Positions 53,986 through 63,416 of a DNA stretch of 64,000 bases are shown in pieces. The notes under the pieces are model-generated. The model did not search any database. It was not told the origin of the DNA and saw nothing but the letters and a program-made list of their open reading frames with translations. The stretch comes from an uncultured delta proteobacterium (GTDB lineage: Bacteria; Desulfobacterota; Binatia; HRBIN30; BPIQ01), in assembly GCA_963761335.1 (NCBI GenBank), contig CAVXGR010000013.1, forward strand, positions 160,001-224,000. Reading direction: 5' to 3'. The number at the start of each line of letters is the position of its first letter. Position 1 is the stretch's first letter. The position numbers and the translations under genes are program-made.

Positions 53986-56900
53986 TCAGTTGTTCGGCGC
54001 TCCTTCCATGATCCAGGTGCGCACCAGCTCGATCTGGGCCGGCGTCAGCGGATCGAGGCCATTGGGCATGCGCACGCCGTTGCGCGGCATGTCATTGCTG
54101 ATCTTCTCGATCAGATAGCTGGCATCGGGGTTGCCGGCCTGGATCGGGCATATTCCGTAGAAGCTGGCCTCGTCGCCGGGAGTGAAGCTGGAGGCGAAGC
54201 TGCTCAGATCGAAGCCCGACGAGTTCAAGCCGCCGCCGTGACAGCCGAGGGTGGTGCATCCCACCTGATCGAACAGCGGCGCGATGTCGTTCTGATAGCT
54301 GACGGTGGCGTTCGGATTGGACCCGCCCGGAGCGCACGGATCGGCGTCGACGATCTGCGTGCCGACCGTCTCCGAGCCGCCGTAGGCGAGAATGCCGTGC
54401 TTCAGGCCGGCGACCAGGTCGCCGCCCACGGCCCACAGGCCGCCCTCGGAATCACCCCAGGCGGCATGGAAGTCATAGAGCGTGTTCACCGGAGGATCCT
54501 GTAGCGTCCATCCGCTGGAATCGCGGAAGGCCACCGAGCCCTCGTTGCCGGCGGCGATGGCAGTGCCGTCGGTGCGGACGAAGACGCCGTTCATCTGCGG
54601 CGTCCCTGCCGGGGCGCGATCGACGAACGAGGTGCCGTCGAGCTCGAGAATGGATCCGGTCAAGAAGCCGCCGGTCGAGATCACCTCGGTGGCATTGCCG
54701 GAGATGGTGAACAGCGGCAGCTCGGCGGAGGAGTTGAGAACATTCCAGGACGTCCCGTCCCAATGGAGGATGATCCCCAGCCGCCCGGAGGCCCAGACGT
54801 CGTTCTGGTTGCGTCCCCACACCTTGAAGAGCGTCGGGATGCCCTCGGCACGCACCCCGGAGAGATCCTGCGCCGTCCACTCGGTGCCGTCGTAATGCCA
54901 CACCACACCGCCCGTGCTGTCGTTCGCGGGATCGCCACCGACGGCCCACAGATCGCTGGCGCTGTCGCCCCAGATTCCGTACAGCAGCGGCGTCCCGGGT
55001 GTCGTCTGGCGCTCGAAGACGCGCGTGGCGGGATCGTAGCGGAGGATCATGCCGTTCTCGCCGGCCATGTAGAACGAGCCGTCGATGGGCGTGATGGTGA
55101 TCCACCACAGGTTGCCGCTCTGTCCGGTCAGCAGCCGCTCCCAATTGATGCCGTTGTAGTGGAGCACCATCGGTCCGGTGCCGTCACCGGGATCGGCGCC
55201 GACGGCATACATGTCATGCGACGACTTCCCCGAGATCGACAGCAGCGCCGCCGGCAGCTCCTGGAGAACCAGACTGAGCGGCGGATTCTTCACCGTGTCG
55301 TTGACGGTGCACATGTGGTCGCGCGCCAGGCATTCGGGAGCCACGTGGCAGCCGATGCAGGTCGCCTTGGTGTTGTAGAGAACCTGTCGCTCGGCGTTGA
55401 GATGCTGCCAGTGCCAGTCCCCGTCCTGCGGGTCGTAACCCGGGTCTTCCTTGCGCATGACGCGCCAGCCGATCAGGTCGGCATCGTTGTCGCAGCTCGG
55501 ACCCGCGTATTCCTCCTTGATGACGATGCTGCCCACGGGCAGCGGGTTGGCATCGTTCAAGTAGGGATCCGCGGCGATGGGATTCGCCAGCACGCGCACG
55601 CTGACGCCGCCGTGAGCGATGCTGAAGCGACAGTTGCGCACCTCGGTGAACGTCGCGCGGTAGTCGGCGGGGAAGATCGGCTCGGCGATGGTCTTGGTGT
55701 CGGTGAGCTTGACGCGCCGGATGCGGCTGTTGAACGTATCGGCGATGTAGAGATCGCCGTTCTGATCGAAGGCGACGCCGAATGGGCGGAGAAGCTGAGC
55801 GTCCTTTGCCATGCCGCCGTCACCGCTGTAGCCGCCGACGCCGGTGCCGGCAATCGTGCTGATGATGCCGGTCTGCATGTCGATCATGCGTACGCGGTGA
55901 TTGTCGGTGTCGGCGAAGTACAGGTTCCCGTCCGGGCCGACCTCGAGGTCCTCGGGATAGTAGATCTCGGCGTCCTTGGCGGGGCCGCCATCGCCGCTGA
56001 AGCCCCCCGTGCCGTCTCCGGCGATGGTGGTCACCACGCCTTCGGTGAAGTCGGCGTTGGAGAAATCGACGCGGCGGATGCGGTTGTTGTTGGAATCTGA
56101 GAAGTAGAGGGTGCCGTTGGCGTCGACGGCGATGCCGCCGCTCGGCTCGGGGTTGCCGCCGGCAGGGAAGTTCAACATCGTCTGCAGTGCCACGCCGTCG
56201 CCGTTGAAGCCCTGCACACCCGTGCCGACCACGGTCTGAATGATCGCCTGCTCGCGCTGGTTGGCGAAGTCGTAGAGAACGCGGATGCGCTGGTTGCGCT
56301 GGTCGATGAAGAAGAGGTTGCCGTGCGAGTCGAGCGCGCCGTGCGGCGGCTGGTTCACCAGAGCCTGCTTCGCCGGACCACCGTCGCCGCGGAAGCCGGC
56401 GCCGGCGCCGGCCATCACTCGCACCAGCCCGGTGTCGGGATAGTACATGCGGATCTTGTGGTTGTGCCATGCCATGAGCGCCAGGTCGCCGTTGGGAAGC
56501 TCCTGCACGTCGGTGGGGTGATTCAGGTTCACGGTGGTTCCCGGCGCGCCGGGGGCAGTCTGATCGCTCAGATCGTCGGGACCATCGCCGATGAAGTCGG
56601 TGCCGATCACGGTCTTGAAGGTCTGATCCGGCATCAGCTGGCGGACCTTGTGATTGTTCCAGTCGACCACATAGGTGCGGCCGGAGGCGGCAAACTCGAT
56701 ATCGAACGGCCAGTACATCGCCGTCTGCAGCCGGTGCAGCCCGTCGCCGTTGAAGCCCTCCTCGCCGTCGCCGGCGAACGTGCAGATGCTGCCCACCTGG
56801 TCGGTGCAGGGGATCACGTCGACCTGGGTGGTGCCGCCGCCGGCGTTCGGATCGTAGTCCGAAGGAAGCGTCGGCGTGAGCCGGCGAATGCGCTGGTTGT

Positions 56901-58323
56901 GGGTATCGGCGATGTAGACGCTGCCGTCCGGACCGACGGCGACGCCGTAGGGCCGATCGAGCTTCGCCTGGTCGGCGGCACCGCCGTCGCCGCTGAAGCC
57001 GCGCTCCCCGGTGCCGGCGACCGTGTGGATGATGCCGTCCGGAGTCACACTGCGGATGACCTGGTTGAAGGTGTCGGCGATGTAGATCGTGCCATCCGGC
57101 GCCACGGCCACGTCGCTCGGGCTGTTCAGCTGCGCCGCCGTCGCCGGCCCGCCGTCGCCGCTGTAGCCCTGCGTGCCGTTGCCGACGATGGTGCTGATGA
57201 AGCCGTTGACGTCGAGCAGACGGATGACGTTGTTGCCGGTATCGGCGATGTAGATGCGGTTGTGGCTGTCGATGGCAATGCGCCCGACCGGGGGCGCGGC
57301 CTGTCCGACCGGAGAGTTCAGCTGCGCGTCCTCGCCGCGGCCGCCATCGCCGCTGTAGCCCTGCGTGCCGTTGCCGCAGATGGTGTGGATGACGCCGTTC
57401 GGCTCGAGCAGCCGGATACGGAAGTTGGCTTGGTCGGAGACGATGATGTCGCCGTTGGTGTCGACCACGACGGAGCTGGGCAGATCGAGAATGGCCGCGT
57501 TCCCCGGCCCTTCGTCGCCGCCGAAAGAGCGCCCGCCGGTGCCGATGAGGTTCTCCATGATACCGGTGGTGAGATCGATGCGCTTGACCTCGCTGTTGTG
57601 CCAGGCGGCGATGATCATCCGGCCCTGGGCATCGAAAGTGATGCCGACCGGATGGTTGAACTGCGCCTCCAGCGCCAGCCCATCGTGGGCCGAGCCGAGC
57701 TCGCCGGTGCCGGCGATGGTCTCGACGACACCGTCCTTGATGCGGCGGATGCGGTGGTTGTTCCAGTCGGAGAAGTAGAGCAGGCCGTCGGGACCGATGG
57801 TCATGTCCTGCGGCAGGTAGAGAGCCGTCTTCTGCCCCGCCAGGCCGTCACCGTTGAGACCGGCGACGCCATTGCCGACGATCGTGGTGATGATGCGCGC
57901 GCTCCCCGCCGGCGTTTCCGCGGGCGTCTCGCTGCTGGTCGGCAGCGGCGAAGCGGTTTCCGTCGAGGCCGGTGTTTCGGTAGCCGTCGCCGTCGCGGTG
58001 GTCGTCGGTGTGGCACTCGTCGTCGGCGGATTCGCCGTGGTCGTCGCACTCGGTTCCGGCGCCGTGGCGGTAGCCTCCGGCGTCGCGGTATCGATGGGTG
58101 TCGAGGTCGCGGGAACTGGCGTCGCAGTCGCCGGCACCGCCGTCGCCGTATTCGAAGCTGTGCGCGTCGCGCTGGTTACCGGGGAGACGGTCGGCGTGGA
58201 TGGCGCGACCGAGGTCGGCGTCGCCGTAGAGATGGGCACCGGGTTTTTCGCGTCGCATCCGGCGACGACGGCGCATAGAGCGACAGCCAGCAACAGCGCG
58301 AGACAGCGACTTCCGAGTTGCAT
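53986..58323 (-). CDS. Large NHL-repeat lipoprotein with cytochrome P460/c'-beta-like and C-terminal cytochrome c-like domains
   Basis: SD CAGGAGG, lipobox VAGC, NHL repeats, CIGCH (55345-55359), WG...WAVG repeats, CTTLGCH (54238-54258)...RMP...WIMEGA. Confidence 0.85.
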   Translation of the reverse strand: MQLGSRCLALLLAVALCAVVAGCDAKNPVPISTATPTSVAPSTPTVSPVTSATRTASNTATAVPATATPVPATSTPIDTATPEATATAPEPSATTTANPPTTSATPTTTATATATETPASTETASPLPTSSETPAETPAGSARIITTIVGNGVAGLNGDGLAGQKTALYLPQDMTIGPDGLLYFSDWNNHRIRRIKDGVVETIAGTGELGSAHDGLALEAQFNHPVGITFDAQGRMIIAAWHNSEVKRIDLTTGIMENLIGTGGRSFGGDEGPGNAAILDLPSSVVVDTNGDIIVSDQANFRIRLLEPNGVIHTICGNGTQGYSGDGGRGEDAQLNSPVGQAAPPVGRIAIDSHNRIYIADTGNNVIRLLDVNGFISTIVGNGTQGYSGDGGPATAAQLNSPSDVAVAPDGTIYIADTFNQVIRSVTPDGIIHTVAGTGERGFSGDGGAADQAKLDRPYGVAVGPDGSVYIADTHNQRIRRLTPTLPSDYDPNAGGGTTQVDVIPCTDQVGSICTFAGDGEEGFNGDGLHRLQTAMYWPFDIEFAASGRTYVVDWNNHKVRQLMPDQTFKTVIGTDFIGDGPDDLSDQTAPGAPGTTVNLNHPTDVQELPNGDLALMAWHNHKIRMYYPDTGLVRVMAGAGAGFRGDGGPAKQALVNQPPHGALDSHGNLFFIDQRNQRIRVLYDFANQREQAIIQTVVGTGVQGFNGDGVALQTMLNFPAGGNPEPSGGIAVDANGTLYFSDSNNNRIRRVDFSNADFTEGVVTTIAGDGTGGFSGDGGPAKDAEIYYPEDLEVGPDGNLYFADTDNHRVRMIDMQTGIISTIAGTGVGGYSGDGGMAKDAQLLRPFGVAFDQNGDLYIADTFNSRIRRVKLTDTKTIAEPIFPADYRATFTEVRNCRFSIAHGGVSVRVLANPIAADPYLNDANPLPVGSIVIKEEYAGPSCDNDADLIGWRVMRKEDPGYDPQDGDWHWQHLNAERQVLYNTKATCIGCHVAPECLARDHMCTVNDTVKNPPLSLVLQELPAALLSISGKSSHDMYAVGADPGDGTGPMVLHYNGINWERLLTGQSGNLWWITITPIDGSFYMAGENGMILRYDPATRVFERQTTPGTPLLYGIWGDSASDLWAVGGDPANDSTGGVVWHYDGTEWTAQDLSGVRAEGIPTLFKVWGRNQNDVWASGRLGIILHWDGTSWNVLNSSAELPLFTISGNATEVISTGGFLTGSILELDGTSFVDRAPAGTPQMNGVFVRTDGTAIAAGNEGSVAFRDSSGWTLQDPPVNTLYDFHAAWGDSEGGLWAVGGDLVAGLKHGILAYGGSETVGTQIVDADPCAPGGSNPNATVSYQNDIAPLFDQVGCTTLGCHGGGLNSSGFDLSSFASSFTPGDEASFYGICPIQAGNPDASYLIEKISNDMPRNGVRMPNGLDPLTPAQIELVRTWIMEGAPNN

Positions 58324-58564
58324 CTTCAAAACCTCCTGTGTTTCAGCTCCGTCGACTTGGGACGAAACGGTTGCTGAATGATACCCGGCGTCCGGCCAGA
58401 GAGGCCTCGGCAAGGCGACCGATCGCGGAGGCGGTCGCACGAGGCTCCGGCGGCGGAAGGTGAAGTTCCTGCACGATCGTGATGCGCTCAGGCCCGAATT
58501 AAGCTCAGAACTCTACTGCCCGCGAGGGCGATTTGCAAGCTGTGAAGCAAAACCGGCGGCCGCA

Positions 58565-59242
58565 TTACGCCAACAAAGTGGCGACCAGGCCGGAGAGAAC
58601 GATGCCGTCAAAGGTGCCGGCGCCACCGATGCTGGCGACGCCGGCGGCGATGCGGCGCACGTCGCCCATGTGCAGCAGATCGGCGCCGATGAGCGGGCCA
58701 AGCACTCCGGAGACGAAGGCGACGATGGGAGCTTCCGGCGGCAGAAAGGTCAGGCCGCAGAGGGCGGCGACCGCTGCCGGAACCAGCGCCGGCATGGCGA
58801 TACCGACCCCGGGCACCGGTCGCGCCAGCCAGTAGCAAACCGCGATGTTGACCGCGGCTGCCGCGAGCACCGCAAACAGAGCCACACTGCCCGCCTCCGC
58901 CAGGCGCGCGATCTCGTAGGCGGCGATCAGCGACGGGATGATGCAGCCGCCGACATTGACGGCGATCACCGTGTACGAGCGGCGCTGGACCCACTGCGGA
59001 ACCATCCGCCCGATGCCGTACAGCGGAAACGGCGAGACGTCGATCAGCTGATCGCGCGGAATGCGCTTGACGGGGATGTTGATGGCCCCGCCGATGAGAA
59101 TTCCGAACGCCGCCAGCATCGAGGCCTGCGGGCTGAGACCGAGCTTGGCCATGGCCGCCAGCACGACGTTCGCCAGGAGAAGCGGGAAGAAGAGAAGCAG
59201 GGCGAGGATTAAAATGAGGCCGAGACACCCGGGCGCCATCAT
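58565..59242 (-). CDS. DUF1614-like membrane protein
   Basis: INIPV, IAVNVGGCIIP, PGVGI, GPLIGADLL, SIGGAGTFDGI. Confidence 0.88.
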   Translation of the reverse strand: MMAPGCLGLILILALLLFFPLLLANVVLAAMAKLGLSPQASMLAAFGILIGGAINIPVKRIPRDQLIDVSPFPLYGIGRMVPQWVQRRSYTVIAVNVGGCIIPSLIAAYEIARLAEAGSVALFAVLAAAAVNIAVCYWLARPVPGVGIAMPALVPAAVAALCGLTFLPPEAPIVAFVSGVLGPLIGADLLHMGDVRRIAAGVASIGGAGTFDGIVLSGLVATLLA

Positions 59243-59287
59243 GCGCGCAGTTAATAGCAATCGGTCATACGCGACAAGACGCGGTGC

Positions 59288-59400
59288 TGAGGTGTTGGTT
59301 GTTGGGTGTTGGGGAAAGACGAAGCGCCGGTCGTGGACTGTCCCCGACCCCACGACTCACTCGCCGCTCCCTAACCTCGAACACCTCAACACCCAACAAC
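59288..59400. repeat. Intergenic inverted repeat of GTTGGGTG/CACCCAAC-type units
   Basis: 59298-59311 (GTTGTTGGGTGTTG) pairs perfectly with 59387-59400. Confidence 0.8.
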
Positions 59401-59444
59401 CCGCCCTCTTGAACTGCGCCGCGGCAGACCGCATCTATTTCGGC

Positions 59445-60377
59445 ATGGAGGCACGCTTCGATGCCATCGTTTTTGCCGGCGGCGGCTGTCGCTGTCTTTG
59501 GCAGGCGGGATTCTGGGAGACCGCTTCGCCGGCGCTGGCGCCACTGCCGCAGTCGGTGGCGGCGGTCAGCGCCGGCGCCGCCATGGCCTGCATGGTGATC
59601 GGCGGCGCCACCGCCGCCGGGGTTGCCGAGTTCAAGCGGCGCGTCTCCCTCAACCGCCGCAACGCCTACCCGTGGAACGTATTCCACGACGAGCCGGTCT
59701 TCCCCCATGCCCGCCTGTACCGCGAGGCGATGCTGGAGATCGCCGACGACAGATTCCTGGCGCGCCTGCACGCGGGCCCGGAGATCCGCATCGCCGTGGC
59801 CCGGCCGCCGCTGTGGCTCGGACACCGCACCGCCATGCTCGCCGCCTTCGCCGCCTATCAGGTGGAGAAGATGCGCGGCGATCCGGTCCACGCCACCGTG
59901 GCGCGGCGCCTGGGCTTTCTCGCCGAGTCGGTCTCCGTGCGCGACTGCCGCAGTCCCGCCGAGCTCGCCGACCTGATCCTGCACTCGTCGTGCACGCCGC
60001 CCTTCACGCCCTTCTTCCGCCGCGCGGGGCGTCCGGTCCTCGACGGCGGGCTGGTGGACAACGCCCCGATCGGTGCCGTCCCGCCGCAGGCCCGCTCTGT
60101 CCTCGTTCTCCTCACCCGGCCCTTCCCCGAGGCGCTCCTGCCAAAGGTTGCCGGCCGCACCTACGTCAAGCCCTCGGCCCCCATCCCCGTCTACAAATGG
60201 GATTACACCAGCCCCTCGGGGCTGCAGGCCGCCTTCGATCTCGGCCGCCGCGACGGCGAGAGCTTCGCCCGCGCCGCTCAGGCGGCGGCCCGGTCGCCGG
60301 ATGAGTCGCGATGGTCGCCGCCAGGCAGCTCGTCGACCGACACGCGCCGCCGCGCCACGCCATCGAAGGTGTCGTGA
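59445..60377 (+). CDS. Patatin-like phospholipase
   Basis: FAGGGCRC glycine loop, AVSAG nucleophile motif, DGG motif. Confidence 0.85.
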   Translation: MEARFDAIVFAGGGCRCLWQAGFWETASPALAPLPQSVAAVSAGAAMACMVIGGATAAGVAEFKRRVSLNRRNAYPWNVFHDEPVFPHARLYREAMLEIADDRFLARLHAGPEIRIAVARPPLWLGHRTAMLAAFAAYQVEKMRGDPVHATVARRLGFLAESVSVRDCRSPAELADLILHSSCTPPFTPFFRRAGRPVLDGGLVDNAPIGAVPPQARSVLVLLTRPFPEALLPKVAGRTYVKPSAPIPVYKWDYTSPSGLQAAFDLGRRDGESFARAAQAAARSPDESRWSPPGSSSTDTRRRATPSKVS

Positions 60378-61117
60378 TAGGCTGGGTGGTTGGTGCCCAT
60401 CAGCGTGTCCCAGTAGTTGAACCAGTTTCCGTAGTTACAGGCGACGTGGCGATGGTGCATGTTGTGGTGCGTCGAGGTGTTGATCCATCCGAAGACGGGA
60501 TGCCGGGTGAAGCCGCGCGGGTAGAACTCGTAGCCGGCGTGCGCCAGGATGCCGATGCCGAACATGTAGAGACCGGCTGCGGCGAGCGCCAAGGGATGGA
60601 TGGGAACGTAGACCAGGAAGAGAATGAAGTAGATGTTCCCCATGAAGGTCTCGCCCGGATGCTGCGCAAAGGCGGCAAAGGCGGTCGGATTCGAGACGCG
60701 GTGGTGGACCGAGTGCACGTGGCGGAAGAGCCAGGGAGTGTGCAGCCAGCGGTGCTGCCAATAGATCCAGGTGTCGTAGCCGGCGATGCACAGCAGCACG
60801 GAGAGGGCGAAGTACCACCAGCTGTGATCGGCGAGCCCGAAGTACATGCTCGTGTGGCCGTCGCGGATGAGCCGGTAGATCAGAACCGTCGCCAGCCCGG
60901 AGCAGGCGGTGTTGGCGATCGACCAGCGGATCTCGTAGCCGATCTGCCGATGCGGCGGGAATGCCGGCTGGATCCGATAGCCGAGCCATCTCTGCCTGAA
61001 GCCGACGTGGAAGACCCAGTAGAGCACCCCGGTCACGGTGAAGTAGCGCAGGAAGAAGCCGACGCAGTAGCCGATATAGCCGCGCAGGCTCGGGTCGAAG
61101 AGGCTGTTGGCGTCCAT
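60278..61117 (-). CDS. Sterol desaturase / fatty acid hydroxylase family protein
   Basis: His boxes HRWLH, HSVHH, HHNMHH; NYG...WDTLMGT. Confidence 0.9.
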   Translation of the reverse strand: MDANSLFDPSLRGYIGYCVGFFLRYFTVTGVLYWVFHVGFRQRWLGYRIQPAFPPHRQIGYEIRWSIANTACSGLATVLIYRLIRDGHTSMYFGLADHSWWYFALSVLLCIAGYDTWIYWQHRWLHTPWLFRHVHSVHHRVSNPTAFAAFAQHPGETFMGNIYFILFLVYVPIHPLALAAAGLYMFGIGILAHAGYEFYPRGFTRHPVFGWINTSTHHNMHHRHVACNYGNWFNYWDTLMGTNHPAYHDTFDGVARRRVSVDELPGGDHRDSSGDRAAA

Positions 61118-61119
61118 AA

Positions 61120-62424
61120 TCAGAGCCGCGGCGCTCGCCGGCCGAGATCGAGCATCTCGCTGCGCAGCATCATGTAGAATTCCCGGGCGTATTTCACCTG
61201 GTGAACCGACACGGTGTCGGTGAAGTGCAGCTGGTCCCAGTCGATCTCGCCGTCCAGGCGGAGCTGCAGTCCGCTGGCCGGATAGGTGTAGCGCATGTCG
61301 TAGCGAGGCGGCTCTCCCCACTGAAAGACGTCGCCCTCGGGGCGCGAGAAATCGAAGTAGAAGTGCTCCTCCTGAGGGCCGAGCAGGACGTAGGCGATCA
61401 CCTGTCCGCGCACCGCGGGAAGCTGCTCCCGAGTCTCCCGCCACAGGCCGAGGATGTAGTCCCGAAAGCGCTCGACCAGATCGGTCCGCGGCGGCGGCAG
61501 CTCGCGCTGTAGTCCGACCACCCAGTCCTGGACGCCCCTGGCGTACGCGTCAATGGCGGCGAGCTCCTCCTCTTTGTCGAGCACCGGGCACACCCGCCGC
61601 ATCGAGCCGGCCGCCTCGATGCGGTCTCCCGGACCCATCAGCTCTCCGGCGATCCCCTTCTCCCGCAGCCGGCGAACCGCCTCTACGGCCGAGTTGAAGG
61701 AGACGTTCTTCCACAGCGCCGATTCCAGAAAGAAGCGGGCGCCGCTGGCAAAGGGAATCGCCAGCCGCGGCGCCAGGATCTCGGCCGCCTGCAGGAAGTC
61801 GTTGTAGCGCCGCTCCGAGGCCTCGTGCAGCAGCCGCGCCTTCTCCTCCTCATCCATCTCGAAGCAGATCGGGAAGAAGGACGCCGGCGAGTAGCCGAGC
61901 AGGGCGTAGTCGATGTCGAAGTGATCGCGTACCCAGGCGTATTTCGGCGGCCGCAGGAAGCAGTCGTTGTTCTCGAACAGGGCGAACTCGGGAGTGCGGA
62001 TGACGATCGAGGAGTCGTAGGCAGCGCTCTCCTCGTAGTCGTGCTCGACGATGGCGATCTCGATGTCGGTGCCTTCGACGGCCACGGTCTCCTCGAAGGG
62101 CACCTCGATCACCGGAAACCCGAGGCGGCGCACCGCGTCGCGGAACTCCTTGCGGCGATACTCGCCGATGTAGATCGGCGTATGCCGGGGGAAGAGCTCC
62201 AGCGTCGGCGGATTGAAGTGGTCCGGATGGATGTGAGAGATGTAGATGGCGTCGGTCGTCGCCGCCAGCTGCGCGGCGTCGTGAACCAGCGGCGGGAAGT
62301 GGAAGCCGCTGCTGCAGCCGATCGGATCGATCAGCCACGGGTCGGTGAGAATGGTCCGCCCACCGCTCTGCACGCGCAGGGTGGCATGACCGACGACCTC
62401 GACCCGAAAGTTTTCGCGGAGCAT
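61120..62424 (-). CDS. MBL-fold metallo-protein (UlaG / CMP-Neu5Ac hydroxylase-like)
   Basis: GHA, TDPWL, SHIHPDH, DSS, NNDC, IPFAS. Confidence 0.8.
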   Translation of the reverse strand: MLRENFRVEVVGHATLRVQSGGRTILTDPWLIDPIGCSSGFHFPPLVHDAAQLAATTDAIYISHIHPDHFNPPTLELFPRHTPIYIGEYRRKEFRDAVRRLGFPVIEVPFEETVAVEGTDIEIAIVEHDYEESAAYDSSIVIRTPEFALFENNDCFLRPPKYAWVRDHFDIDYALLGYSPASFFPICFEMDEEEKARLLHEASERRYNDFLQAAEILAPRLAIPFASGARFFLESALWKNVSFNSAVEAVRRLREKGIAGELMGPGDRIEAAGSMRRVCPVLDKEEELAAIDAYARGVQDWVVGLQRELPPPRTDLVERFRDYILGLWRETREQLPAVRGQVIAYVLLGPQEEHFYFDFSRPEGDVFQWGEPPRYDMRYTYPASGLQLRLDGEIDWDQLHFTDTVSVHQVKYAREFYMMLRSEMLDLGRRAPRL

Positions 62425-62605
62425 TACCGGACACCCCCGCCGAAGCTCGCGAGCGCTCCCCACAGCGCTCGCCACCAGCAGGTTTGGAATATGTACAACG
62501 CGGCCGAAGGATTAGGCAAGGGCAGATGCGCCGCGGGGCGCCGCGGCGGGCCAGAACCTCGTCCGCTCAGTGGCCTTCGCCGCAGTGGAGCGATATAGCT
62601 TCGGC

Positions 62606-63403
62606 ATGTCCGCGGCTCGCTTCTTCGCTGCCGATCTCTTGAAGGATGCGGTGGTGCTGGTCACCGGCGGCGGCACCGGCATCGGCAAGGCCACGGCGAT
62701 CGCGCTGGGCGGCTGCGGGGCGCACCTGGTGATCGCCAGCCGTCGCCGCGAGCACCTCGAGCAGGGGGCCGCCGAGATCGCCGCGGCGACCGGCGCGGTG
62801 CCGCTGACCCAGGTCTGCGACATCCGCCAGCCCGACCAGGTCGAGCAGCTCGCCGACTTCGTGGTCGCCGAGCGCGGCCACATCGACGTGCTGGTGAACA
62901 ACGCCGGCGGACAGTTTCCGCAGCGCGCCGAGCTGTACTCGGTAAACGGCTGGCGAGCGGTGATCGACACCAACCTGAACGGCACCTGGTACGTCACCCA
63001 GGCGATCGGCAAGCGCATGATCGCCGCCGGCAGCGGCACCGTGGTCAACGTCATCGCCAACCACCACCGCGGCATCCCCGGCGGCGCCCACACCTCGGCG
63101 GCGCGCGCCGCCGTCGCCAATCTCACCAAGACCCTGGCGGTCGAGTGGGGGCCGTACGGCATTCGCATAAACGCCGTGGCCCCGGGCCCGATCGCCTCGT
63201 CGGGATTCACGCAGACGTACGACGCCGAGGTCGTCGAGCGCGCCCGCGACCTGCCGCTCGGCCGACTCGGCTCGGCGGAAGAAGTGGCCGCGGCCGTGGT
63301 CTTCCTCGCCTCACCGGCCTCAGCCTGGACCACCGGCGCCACCCTCGACGTGAACGGCGGCCAGCACCTCGACGGCGACACCTGGGTCGTCCGCAAGGGG
63401 TGA
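62606..63403 (+). CDS. SDR oxidoreductase (2,4-dienoyl/trans-2-enoyl-CoA reductase-like)
   Basis: TGGGTGIG, NNAGGQF, HTSAARAA, NAVAPGPI. Confidence 0.9.
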   Translation: MSAARFFAADLLKDAVVLVTGGGTGIGKATAIALGGCGAHLVIASRRREHLEQGAAEIAAATGAVPLTQVCDIRQPDQVEQLADFVVAERGHIDVLVNNAGGQFPQRAELYSVNGWRAVIDTNLNGTWYVTQAIGKRMIAAGSGTVVNVIANHHRGIPGGAHTSAARAAVANLTKTLAVEWGPYGIRINAVAPGPIASSGFTQTYDAEVVERARDLPLGRLGSAEEVAAAVVFLASPASAWTTGATLDVNGGQHLDGDTWVVRKG

Positions 63404-63416
63404 ATCGCTCTGCGGT

